Shown here: piece after piece, positions 33,496-41,173 of the stretch
Numbering within the stretch: position 1 is the stretch's first letter
Layout: every line of letters starts with the position of its first letter
From: a virus
Lineage: Duplodnaviria > Caudoviricetes
Direction: 5' to 3' (one strand)
Virus record (IMG/VR): IMGVR_UViG_3300037882_003602
Span: 1-41,173 of that record
Length of the DNA: 41,173 nucleotides
The notes under the pieces: model-generated
What the model saw: only the letters and a program-made list of their open reading frames with translations
What the model was told of the DNA's origin: nothing
Databases searched by the model: none
Made by a program: the position numbers and the translations under genes

Positions 33496-33765
33496 ATGTC
33501 ACGGAATTTAAGACAAGATTTACACTTGGCCTGTAAGGAATTGAAGGATCGCATCGCCACTTTCATAACCAATCATCATGAAAAATTGGACGGGGAGCTG
33601 TGGGATGCGATGGAACAGGAAACCAAGATACTTCATTACATCAAAGGTTTACTGGTTCAGGAAGGCAATCTCACTGAACAGGGTCTGGAGCTGGTGCGCA
33701 TGGACATCGCCAATTCCAGAACGTGGTTCGAGGAGCAGTTGTTGAGCTATAACCTCGATGAGTAA
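33496..33765 (+). CDS. helical protein, paralogue of 24983-25273
   Basis: GGAGG RBS; LLVQEGNLTEQGLELV. Confidence 0.7.
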   Translation: MSRNLRQDLHLACKELKDRIATFITNHHEKLDGELWDAMEQETKILHYIKGLLVQEGNLTEQGLELVRMDIANSRTWFEEQLLSYNLDE

Positions 33766-34090
33766 CAGGGAAAATAATATGGAAGAATTGCAGCTGGACA
33801 GCGACCATTGCGTTCGGATTATACAGGAAGTAATTGATAAATATCCACAATGGGATCTCCAGTTACAGATCCGTTACGAACCGGACATCGCAAAGCCGAA
33901 GAATCATGCTTGGTGGGTGAGGCTTTATTCCGAGCACCGCAGCACTACGCCGCTGCGCCTATACCGCGGCGCGACGATGAACGAAGCTCTGCATACCCTG
34001 GCGCTGTGGGTGGCGGGCGGAGGCATCTCGCGCTGGAAGGTTGATCTCGACCAATGGTTCCGGGAAAATGTAAGGACTGGTAGAGCATGA
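33758..34090 (+). CDS. hypothetical protein
   Basis: Overlapping operon gene. Confidence 0.6.
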   Translation: MSNRENNMEELQLDSDHCVRIIQEVIDKYPQWDLQLQIRYEPDIAKPKNHAWWVRLYSEHRSTTPLRLYRGATMNEALHTLALWVAGGGISRWKVDLDQWFRENVRTGRA

Positions 34091-34130
34091 CCATCAGTGC
34101 TATCATCACTCAATTCCAAGGAGATTTCCA

Positions 34131-34460
34131 ATGGCCGATCCGCTGATTTCCAAAGTCATTAATTACCGCCAGCATGTCGGCGACATCCTGGTGCCGGCGC
34201 ATCACACGGCACCGAAAGTCGGCGTGCCGGTGAAAGCCAAAGAGTTGGCGACCAAATACCTGGATGCCAGCAGCCGGGAGCGCCGCGCGCGCGTCCAGGA
34301 GATTTACGAGGAAGGATTGGCGATCGAAACCGGTGTGGTGATTCGGCTGCGCGATCGTGGATCCTTCGAGGAATACATGAATTTCATGTACGAAGAAGAT
34401 CAATATCACACGACCAAGAAACTGAAACAAGAGGGCGATGGTGGGATCGCTCTCACCTGA
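34131..34460 (+). CDS. hypothetical protein
   Basis: AAGGAG RBS. Confidence 0.7.
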   Translation: MADPLISKVINYRQHVGDILVPAHHTAPKVGVPVKAKELATKYLDASSRERRARVQEIYEEGLAIETGVVIRLRDRGSFEEYMNFMYEEDQYHTTKKLKQEGDGGIALT

Positions 34461-34646
34461 CGGAACGCCTGCGAGCGTACCGCCGCCAGGGTTGCTGTTC
34501 CCTCGCGGGATCGGGGTTGCCGCAGGCACCGCCGCAATGGGCCGCGCCCTCCAGCCCTGCGGCAGGACTGTGGCTGCGGTGTCCTCAAAAACCGTGGTAA
34601 ATGGTGGGCCGGTTCCTTCATTAGGGGTTGTGGATCGGCCTGCCTG
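34461..34646 (+). ncRNA. candidate structured RNA element A
   Basis: GC-rich, no convincing ORF, multiple stems including G-U pairs; shares sequence blocks with 36798-36960. Confidence 0.4.
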
Positions 34647-34688
34647 CTAAAATATTATGGATAATATAAGTTATCTAATAGGTAATAT

Positions 34689-34859
34689 ATGTGGATAGTC
34701 TATATCGGAACCAGCCCGCATTCGGCATGGGATAGCGCGGATCAGGCAAGCAAGAAAGCCAATGTGATGCGCAACCTTAACCGCAAGGATGTAAGTTATA
34801 AATTCTCGGAAGAATTCCGCGGCGCCTTGAGCAACGGTCATCACTTCGATGAGTATTGA
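34689..34859 (+). CDS. 56-aa hypothetical protein (not in the ORF track)
   Basis: AGGT RBS; MWIVYIGTSPHSAWDS... Confidence 0.55.
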   Translation: MWIVYIGTSPHSAWDSADQASKKANVMRNLNRKDVSYKFSEEFRGALSNGHHFDEY

Positions 34860-34861
34860 CC

Positions 34862-35140
34862 ATGAAGGAATCTGTGGAAACATACGCTGTGAAAGACGGG
34901 GATAATCCAATCGCGGCGATGATCGAGGCGTGGATGAAAAACGCGCGCCGCAAGCAAATCATCCTCGACTCCGGCGATCCGGCGGCGGCGGTTGAGCTTA
35001 TGAAGAAGCGAATTCGTGTGCGCAAGCTGGGTGACACTGGCTGGCAGTACGCAGCATTCATACCGAAATTTAATACGCATTTTAAGATACTATCGAGCAG
35101 TAGATTAGCGGAGGATATGCGGTATAATCCCTTTCGCTAG
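34862..35140 (+). CDS. hypothetical protein
   Basis: ORF in the operon. Confidence 0.6.
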   Translation: MKESVETYAVKDGDNPIAAMIEAWMKNARRKQIILDSGDPAAAVELMKKRIRVRKLGDTGWQYAAFIPKFNTHFKILSSSRLAEDMRYNPFR

Positions 35141-35153
35141 ATGGGAGGGATGT

Positions 35154-35498
35154 ATGCCGATCCACATCCGCTATAATGAAAAGCGGCACAGAGCCGCGAT
35201 TCGCCTGCAAGACGGAACAATCATCGAAACCTGGAGCCATGCGAATATCATCCTGCCGGATGGACGCGAGGCCGTGCTTACTTCGCCCTGGGAGGGCGGC
35301 GCTGAGCTTGGTAATACGACGATACGCGGTGAGGAATGGGTGGAGATTGACGACAGCAACTTCAAAATTATGGACAAGGATCCGGTGAGTGATCTTCACA
35401 TTGTTGCCGACACCGATATTTTTGCGAAAAAGATGCCTCAGAAGATTCCAGCTCAGAAGGTGCCAATGCAAAAGGTGCCAGAAACAGAAACCCGGTGA
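35154..35498 (+). CDS. hypothetical protein with C-terminal QK(V/I)P repeats
   Basis: GGAGG RBS. Confidence 0.65.
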   Translation: MPIHIRYNEKRHRAAIRLQDGTIIETWSHANIILPDGREAVLTSPWEGGAELGNTTIRGEEWVEIDDSNFKIMDKDPVSDLHIVADTDIFAKKMPQKIPAQKVPMQKVPETETR

Positions 35499-35524
35499 CG
35501 CGGACGCTATCACCGGGCTTCTTT
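35491..35524 (+). terminator. probable intrinsic terminator
   Basis: CCCGGTGA-N11-TCACCGGG followed by CTTCTTT. Confidence 0.55.
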
Positions 35525-35688
35525 CCCTCTATCCAGATCACTGAGAACGGAGATTCCATGTGCGTCCTGGAAGTATGACTTTATCCCACATTAACCATTG
35601 GAATGCAAGCGTGTTTTCCACTAGAAATCTTGCAACCTGTGAGATAGAGTTTTCTCGCGTTGATCCTTTATCACCTGGAGAGTAAGAC

Positions 35689-36156
35689 ATGGATGCAGAT
35701 GCTGTTGTGCAAGCTGGGATCAGCAGGGCGCAGGAAACTGCAAATCAGGCGTTCGACCTGTCCAAGCAAAATCAGCAGGAAATTTCTCAGGTCAGGGAGC
35801 GTGTGAGCGAGCTTGCGCAAAGAACCGCATTTAACGAAAAGCTATTCCTGAATCACCATGAAACAGTGAAAGCTCTGGAAAATTCTGTCACTGAAATCAA
35901 GATAGCCACGGCGACTAACAGCACCGAAGCGAAGAACATGGGAATCGCTATCGGGAGGCTGGAAAATACGATTAATATGTTCCTGAACAGCATGGATAGC
36001 ATCAAGAAAGAATTCCACGAAAAAGTGGGATCTCTGTTCGACAGCAGAGCAGAAGCGAGAGGATCGATGCGCACGATTCTCATCGTTGGCGGCGGTGGCT
36101 GGGTTATTATCCAGATCCTCCTCACCGCGGTGCTGGCCTATTACCTGAAAACCTGA
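35689..36156 (+). CDS. coiled-coil protein with C-terminal TM helix (holin/XhlA-like architecture)
   Basis: Heptad region followed by ILIVGGGGWVIIQILLTAVLAYYL. Confidence 0.6.
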   Translation: MDADAVVQAGISRAQETANQAFDLSKQNQQEISQVRERVSELAQRTAFNEKLFLNHHETVKALENSVTEIKIATATNSTEAKNMGIAIGRLENTINMFLNSMDSIKKEFHEKVGSLFDSRAEARGSMRTILIVGGGGWVIIQILLTAVLAYYLKT

Positions 36157-36179
36157 ATCCAACCTTTAAGAGGATCATT

Positions 36180-36386
36180 ATGCCCGACTCTATGCAGGAG
36201 TTGGCGGCGTGCTTTGCCGCCCTCCAGAAACCACCCGGCCCCGAAAAAGAAACGCACCTGCAAGCGGTGATGTTGACCAGCGCCAGCCCGGAAGTATGGC
36301 GAAAATGCGATCTGGAATTAGCAAGGCTCCGTGGCTTGGAAGAAAAACCGGCTTGCGAAGCGGATGTCATTCCGATAGGATACTGA
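36180..36386 (+). CDS. hypothetical protein
   Basis: GAGG RBS. Confidence 0.5.
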   Translation: MPDSMQELAACFAALQKPPGPEKETHLQAVMLTSASPEVWRKCDLELARLRGLEEKPACEADVIPIGY

Positions 36387-36429
36387 TGGCACTGATGCCA
36401 AAAACCAAAAATTGGTGGGAGATATTTTC

Positions 36430-36798
36430 ATGCCTAAAAGAAAACGTGCTCAAATTGAAGAAGAAATCGATGACGGCGATCAGGAAGGCGCTCCTGCCGG
36501 TGAAGGTCACAACAGTGGCAAGATGAAAGCCGGTGGTGTTGCCGCCGACCAGTTAAAATCAATCATCGACAGGATCGAGAAACTGGAGGAGGAAGAACTC
36601 GCGGTCAGGGCCGATAAGCGTGACGTTTATGCCGAAGCGAAAGGCAATGGTTTCGACATAAAAGCCATTCGTGACATCATCAAGGAACGCAAGAAAGACC
36701 GCAGTGAAGTCGAGGAACATGAGACCATCGTCTATACCTACAAGCGTGCGCTCGGAATGCTGCCGGAGCTGGAACACACCGACGGGCAAGAGGACTAG
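36430..36798 (+). CDS. gapR: GapR/DUF2312 (UPF0335) nucleoid-associated protein homologue
   Basis: VAADQLKSIIDRIEKLEEE...DVYAEAKGNGFDIKAIR...Y..ALGM. Confidence 0.9.
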   Translation: MPKRKRAQIEEEIDDGDQEGAPAGEGHNSGKMKAGGVAADQLKSIIDRIEKLEEEELAVRADKRDVYAEAKGNGFDIKAIRDIIKERKKDRSEVEEHETIVYTYKRALGMLPELEHTDGQED

Positions 36799-36960
36799 GA
36801 ACACCCTCGCCAGCGCGCGGTCAGGGTAGCTGCAGGGCAGCGGATTTTTCGGGATGTGCCTTAACAACCGATAGGGCTGATCGCCGAAGCCGACCAGGAT
36901 GTGGAGGAGGATCGCGTGATCTTGCTATTTAGCGGGCCGGATCGCTCCTCCCATTTATTT
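36798..36960 (+). ncRNA. candidate structured RNA element B, ending in a terminator-like hairpin
   Basis: Stems ACCCT/AGGGT, GCTGC/GCAGC, GGAGGAG-GATC/GATC-G-CTCCTCC, then ATTTATTT. Confidence 0.4.
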
Positions 36961-36984
36961 AACTCGAAAACAGCAGGTAATTTT

Positions 36985-37452
36985 ATGCCGAATCAATACA
37001 CCAAAAAGAAATCGCTTGCGAAACCCCGTAAGGTCAAGGATCGTGCCGAAATAATGAAACAGGAGGGCCACAAGGATGATTCCAATAAAGCCCGCTATGA
37101 TCTTATCCCTGCAGGCCCACTCCATCTCCTCGCGCTCCTCTATACGATCGGCGGCGTCAAATATGCCGATGAAAACTGGAGAAAAGGTCTCTCCTTTAAG
37201 CGACTCTTTGGCGCTCTCATGCGCCATGCTTGGGCTTGGATGCGCGGTCAATCTATCGATCCTGAGACTGGCCTGCACCACATGGTCTGCGTGGCTTGGT
37301 GTGCTTTCGCCATCGTCGAGCTGCAGCTCCAGCACAAACGCGATGATCTTGATGATCGATTCCGCACCGCGCTAGACCTCGACATCAGCGATTTCGAAAC
37401 CGCGCTTGATGCAATGATCGAGAAAAAGAAGAAAGAACAAAATGCCGGTTGA
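36985..37452 (+). CDS. dATP/dGTP diphosphohydrolase (DUF5664 family)
   Basis: KDDSNKARYDLIP...GGVKYADENWRKG...ALMRH...DPETGLHH. Confidence 0.85.
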   Translation: MPNQYTKKKSLAKPRKVKDRAEIMKQEGHKDDSNKARYDLIPAGPLHLLALLYTIGGVKYADENWRKGLSFKRLFGALMRHAWAWMRGQSIDPETGLHHMVCVAWCAFAIVELQLQHKRDDLDDRFRTALDLDISDFETALDAMIEKKKKEQNAG

Positions 37453-38131
37453 TCATTACGGAGTCTTTGCGATCAACTCCCTTTCCTACCTGTTCCAGAC
37501 CGCCGATAACCGCGGCTGGGATTGCCTGGGCCAAGGCATGGAAGCACCGGTGCGCATGGAGCTGCCGGCGGAGACGACGCGCCTGCCTATCCCGCATCAG
37601 TTCGATCTCTCCTCTCATCCCAGCAATGATCAGCTGCCGGAGGAATTTCTGAACAACCCGGTGGTGGATCTTTACCTGCCAAAGCCGGTGCTGATCGGCC
37701 CACCCAAAATCGCCTACATTAAGAGCCGTTCGATGGAAGCGTATCCGTATCTGAAAAAGCTCTCCGATCTGTCGTGCCTCATGCCGACATCGACGCGCGT
37801 GTTCGAAAAAGATGGTGTGGAGCGCTATGCAAAAGAGCTGCAACTGACCAACATCGGCCCGCTGACGATCGTGGGCGTGCCGATCGTGGATTCAGCACCC
37901 ATCTACCGGTTGACCGAGCTGGCGATGATTTTCAAGCGCCATCTCGTCATCACCGGTCATCCCGACATCCCCATGCCGAAGGACGCGCGGGATTACACCG
38001 CTTCCTTCAATGTGATGTGCCAGATGCTGGATAAGGTGAAGCACCTGGACTTCCGCCGCCTGGGATCGATGTATCTTCGCAGCTGGGCGCGCTACCAATA
38101 TACTTTGCATGGTCAGAAGGGTTCGGGGTAG
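37442..38131 (+). CDS. hypothetical protein
   Basis: 229-aa ORF with typical codon usage. Confidence 0.7.
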   Translation: MPVDHYGVFAINSLSYLFQTADNRGWDCLGQGMEAPVRMELPAETTRLPIPHQFDLSSHPSNDQLPEEFLNNPVVDLYLPKPVLIGPPKIAYIKSRSMEAYPYLKKLSDLSCLMPTSTRVFEKDGVERYAKELQLTNIGPLTIVGVPIVDSAPIYRLTELAMIFKRHLVITGHPDIPMPKDARDYTASFNVMCQMLDKVKHLDFRRLGSMYLRSWARYQYTLHGQKGSG

Positions 38132-38134
38132 GCG

Positions 38135-39610
38135 ATGACCGAGAAACCCTCTCTCTGGCCGTCACAAATCCAAGATCTCGCTTTCCACATGGCAAACCCG
38201 CGTGGCGGGAATCTTTCCGATCCCGGCGCCGGGAAAACGCCGCCGACGAATGTGCATCTGTGGCATGTGTGGGAGGATTACGGCGTCAAATCGATCTTTC
38301 TGATGCCGACCAGCCTTTTCGAGCAGAACAGGGATTCACTGCTGGAATTCACCCACTTCAAGCCGGAGCAGGTGGTGATCGTGGAAGGCACCCCAGCGAA
38401 GCGTGAGAAAATCATGAGCTCGAAGGACGCCGTGGTGTTCATCGGCAGCTTTAATTTTTTCACCCAAACCGGTAAGCCCAGCAGTCCAAGTCCTTCGAAT
38501 TATGACACGCTGAAAAAATATCACCGTATCGATGCGCTTGCGGTCGATGAATGGCACAAAGGATTCAAAGGCATCACCGCGCGCCGTACCCAGGCGCTGA
38601 TTTATTACCTGCACACGCAGCCGATACCGATCTTCCTTCCTCTGACCGGTACGGCGGTGGACGGCCACCTTGATTCGGTTTATCCGCTGATCCATGCGCT
38701 GGAGCCGCGCTATTACCTGAACCACAAAGACTTTCTGCGGCAGCACGCGGTCTATGATTTTTGGGGTGAGAAAATCATCCGATGGGAGAATGTCGATAAG
38801 GTCAAACAAATCCTGGAGCGCCACTGTATCCGGCACAGCTTCGAGGAAGTGCATGGGAAAGATGCGACGGTCATCGTGCCGCAGCCTTTCGCCATGAGCA
38901 AGAAACACTTCGATCTGTATCGGAAATTCGAAAGCAGCGGCGTCTTTGAAACCGATAGTGGTTTCGTCGAGTGCGCCGCTGGAACCTTCACGCTTCGCCA
39001 GCGTCAGCTCTGCAACTGCCCGGAGCTGCTGGTGGAAAAGCTCGGCTGTAATTTCGGCGAGATCGAGCTGATGAAGGACGACGGATTTTCCGTGAACGTC
39101 TCGGCGGCGATGCAGCGTGACATGCAATTCGTCACCTATGCCGCCTTCCATGCGGAGCAGGAGCGCTTGGCGACCATCGCTGAGCGAGACGGCGCGCGCG
39201 TGGAGATCATGAACGGAGACAACACCAAGCATCACAGCCGCATCGACAAAGCCTATCTCGCCGGCGAGATCGACGGATTGATATGCTCGGCGGAAGCGGT
39301 GGGTGTCGGTTTCAACTGGCGCCCGACCGGAATGATGATGTTTTATTCCTGCGATTACAAGGACACCAACATCGTCCAGGGCATCCGGCGCGGCGTGCGC
39401 GAGAAGCGTGAGATTCCATTGCTGGTTTACATGATGTATTACAAAGGCACCGTCGAGGAGGACGTGCTGGCGGTGGTGGAAAGCAAGATGCGGCTCGCCA
39501 ATAAAACCGACGCCACCCGGCAGGTTTTCAACGTCACCGAAAAGAAACGCAGGAAGCAACGCGAGGCCGGAGAGAAGGGTAAGAAACTAAAGATTGGAGG
39601 CATGGAATGA
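38135..39610 (+). CDS. SF2 (SNF2-like) DNA helicase
   Basis: DPGAGKT, DEWH, LTGT, GVGFNW, QGIRRGVR. Confidence 0.9.
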   Translation: MTEKPSLWPSQIQDLAFHMANPRGGNLSDPGAGKTPPTNVHLWHVWEDYGVKSIFLMPTSLFEQNRDSLLEFTHFKPEQVVIVEGTPAKREKIMSSKDAVVFIGSFNFFTQTGKPSSPSPSNYDTLKKYHRIDALAVDEWHKGFKGITARRTQALIYYLHTQPIPIFLPLTGTAVDGHLDSVYPLIHALEPRYYLNHKDFLRQHAVYDFWGEKIIRWENVDKVKQILERHCIRHSFEEVHGKDATVIVPQPFAMSKKHFDLYRKFESSGVFETDSGFVECAAGTFTLRQRQLCNCPELLVEKLGCNFGEIELMKDDGFSVNVSAAMQRDMQFVTYAAFHAEQERLATIAERDGARVEIMNGDNTKHHSRIDKAYLAGEIDGLICSAEAVGVGFNWRPTGMMMFYSCDYKDTNIVQGIRRGVREKREIPLLVYMMYYKGTVEEDVLAVVESKMRLANKTDATRQVFNVTEKKRRKQREAGEKGKKLKIGGME

Positions 39611-39765
39611 AAGTGCGTGACAAGTTTTTAGTGTTTGGTATGTTGGCACTGCTGGCACTTGCGAGTGCCTTCGCCTACTCATCGGAAAAATCGTTGAAAT
39701 CGTTTCTTTCAAAATTCGATAATGGTAAATTCTCAGATAATTTCAGCTGGTTAAATCAGGATTGA
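39607..39765 (+). CDS. 52-aa peptide with N-terminal signal/TM sequence (not in the ORF track)
   Basis: GGAGG upstream; ATGA coupling; MKVRDKFLVFGMLALLALASAFA followed by YSSEK... Confidence 0.55.
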   Translation: MKVRDKFLVFGMLALLALASAFAYSSEKSLKSFLSKFDNGKFSDNFSWLNQD

Positions 39766-39790
39766 CAATATCGGGGTGTATCAGTATCAT
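39762..39790 (+). promoter_or_regulatory. strong sigma70 promoter
   Basis: TTGACA-N17-TATCAT. Confidence 0.75.
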
Positions 39791-39794
39791 CAGT

Positions 39795-39846
39795 ATAGTC
39801 AGTGTGGAAACACACTGACTATCGAATCCGGGTAAAACCAGATTCG
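39795..39846 (+). promoter_or_regulatory. structured 5' UTR (two hairpins)
   Basis: ATAGTCAGTGTG-GAAA-CACACTGACTAT and TCGAATC...GATTCGA. Confidence 0.65.
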
Positions 39847-39890
39847 ACTTCTAGTTCAAATCGTTAATCATCAAATCGGAGAATCGTAAA

Positions 39891-41173
39891 ATGAACAATC
39901 CAGATCCCATTAAGGCTTCCATCGAGGCCGCGAGAGCCGCAGCGGGCAACCACCAGCCCCAACCGGCTTTCATCCCCCCGGTGACGCCGGGAAACGCAAA
40001 CCAGCCGCAGCCGACATCGGTGGGTCACGCAGCGTTCAACCCGGCTCCTGGCGCTTCGCCTCAACCCTCTGCGGCTTATTCAGCCCCAGCGCCGGTACTG
40101 CATCAGCCGGGGGCTGGCGCGGTAATCCAACACCAGCCGCAGGGTCAAAAGCTGGCCGTCAGCTCAATGCGAAGCGGAAAAAATAGCCTGAACGTCGATC
40201 ACTTCATCGGGGTGGAAAAGACTTTCCTCAAAGTCAACTTCGCATCCGATGATCCCCGGCGCGCAGTCCTCGGCGCAGCGCAGGCGCAGCCTGTGTATCT
40301 GTTCGTCGATTACGCGCTCGATGTGGCACCGAAATATTCGATCCGCATCAACCAGGGTAACTCCGTGCGCTTCTATCACAGCTATGACGGCGTGACGATG
40401 AGCGACGGCGTGACACCGTGGCGTGATTTCGTCAATCAGGTGCAGCAGCGCGATCCCACGCACAAGGGTGATTACCCCTCTGTGGACATCGCAGGTATCC
40501 TGCTCCAGCCCATGATCTCCAACACCGGCCAGCTGCTCATTGAAGCGGGTAAACGCGTCGGTTTCTCTACGTCGATCATGAACTGGCGCGAATACCAGAC
40601 CTTCCACCAGCAGCTCATCAGCACCGGCCTCATCAATGAATACGAGGACGGTACGATGGACGGGCAGGTGGTGATGCGTGTCGGCCACTTCGGAAAAGTC
40701 AACAAAGGAGGCATCGCTTATGGTGCGTTTTTCTTCGAATGCCTTGGCAACGATCCGAAGAACATTCCTGCCAGCGGTACGGCGTCTGCCGGCCCTCTGG
40801 CGCCTGCTCCTGCCGCCGCTGCCACCCACCCACAAGCCGGGTATGTGCCGCAGCAACCCGCAGCAGCGGTGCATCCGGGAATGCAGCCACAGCCTGCAGC
40901 CGTCAATACGGGTGCGGTACATCCCGGACTGCCCGGAACCCCTGCCGGAGCCGCACCAGCACCGGCTGGCACAAGCCCAAGCGTTGCGTCTCCTCCGCAA
41001 GGGCAGGTGATCACCGGCTACGATCCTACCACTGGTCAACCGATCTTCGCTCCAGCACCGGCTCCTGCGCCCGCCGCCGAAGCGCAGGTGATCACAGGGT
41101 ATGATCCCCAAACCGGTCAGCCGATCTACGGCCCTGCTCCCGCAGTGGCTGCAGCACCGGCTCCTGCGCCCGC
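39891..41173 (+). CDS. putative ssDNA-binding/replication protein with Pro/Ala/Gln-rich arms, truncated by the window (not in the ORF track)
   Basis: GGAG RBS; frame open to the window end; folded core (VDHFIGVEK...FYHSYDGV...YGAFFFE) next to the helicase. The SSB call rests on context. Confidence 0.55.
   Translation, partial: MNNPDPIKASIEAARAAAGNHQPQPAFIPPVTPGNANQPQPTSVGHAAFNPAPGASPQPSAAYSAPAPVLHQPGAGAVIQHQPQGQKLAVSSMRSGKNSLNVDHFIGVEKTFLKVNFASDDPRRAVLGAAQAQPVYLFVDYALDVAPKYSIRINQGNSVRFYHSYDGVTMSDGVTPWRDFVNQVQQRDPTHKGDYPSVDIAGILLQPMISNTGQLLIEAGKRVGFSTSIMNWREYQTFHQQLISTGLINEYEDGTMDGQVVMRVGHFGKVNKGGIAYGAFFFECLGNDPKNIPASGTASAGPLAPAPAAAATHPQAGYVPQQPAAAVHPGMQPQPAAVNTGAVHPGLPGTPAGAAPAPAGTSPSVASPPQGQVITGYDPTTGQPIFAPAPAPAPAAEAQVITGYDPQTGQPIYGPAPAVAAAPAPAP

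Noticed and set aside
34458-34482. UGA followed by a hairpin as selenocysteine or readthrough signal
   Set aside because: The in-frame extension is Arg/Gly/Cys-rich and not protein-like; no redox motif context
34490-34600. HDV-like/theta ribozyme fit
   Set aside because: I could not place P1, P3, L3 and P1.1 in the required order; the element is kept as unclassified
38336-39559. Long opposite-strand ORFs (also 11756-12979, 28196-29440, 40164-41111, 6604-7368)
   Set aside because: Shadows of well-supported genes in GC-rich DNA, with no motifs or RBS
1-41173. tRNA, rRNA, integrase or transposase genes
   Set aside because: No cloverleaf/T-loop arrangement in intergenic DNA and no recombinase or transposase motifs recognised

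Overview
A 41-kb piece of a tailed dsDNA phage genome. The host is probably an alphaproteobacterium, because the window encodes a GapR/DUF2312 homologue. No integrase, tRNA or CRISPR array is visible. Layout: (1) 1-9.6 kb, minus-strand head/packaging module: lambda-GpA-type large terminase, portal, an inserted five-gene fibre-like cassette, protease with nested scaffold, decoration protein, and the first codons of the presumed major capsid gene. (2) 9.7-13.6 kb, plus strand: MerR-like HTH, a candidate small terminase whose 5' end is phased A-tract DNA, and an AEP primase/SF3 helicase. (3) 13.6-15.4 kb, a short minus-strand operon. (4) From 15.8 kb, about 60 small plus-strand early/accessory genes (HNH, XRE, ArdA-like, DUF3846, DUF5983), then GapR, a dATP/dGTP diphosphohydrolase, an SNF2-like helicase and a truncated SSB-like gene. 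Best leads: a possible ruler-templated head filament (968-aa protein with three tandem beta-domains and 25 indel-free 20-aa repeats); six copies of the 17-bp palindrome TCTCCAAAnTTTGGAGA confined to the early region; two related structured intergenic elements at 34.5 and 36.8 kb; helically phased 21-bp repeats in the putative terS; and several unannotated micro-ORFs. All family assignments come from motif recognition by eye, not from database searches.
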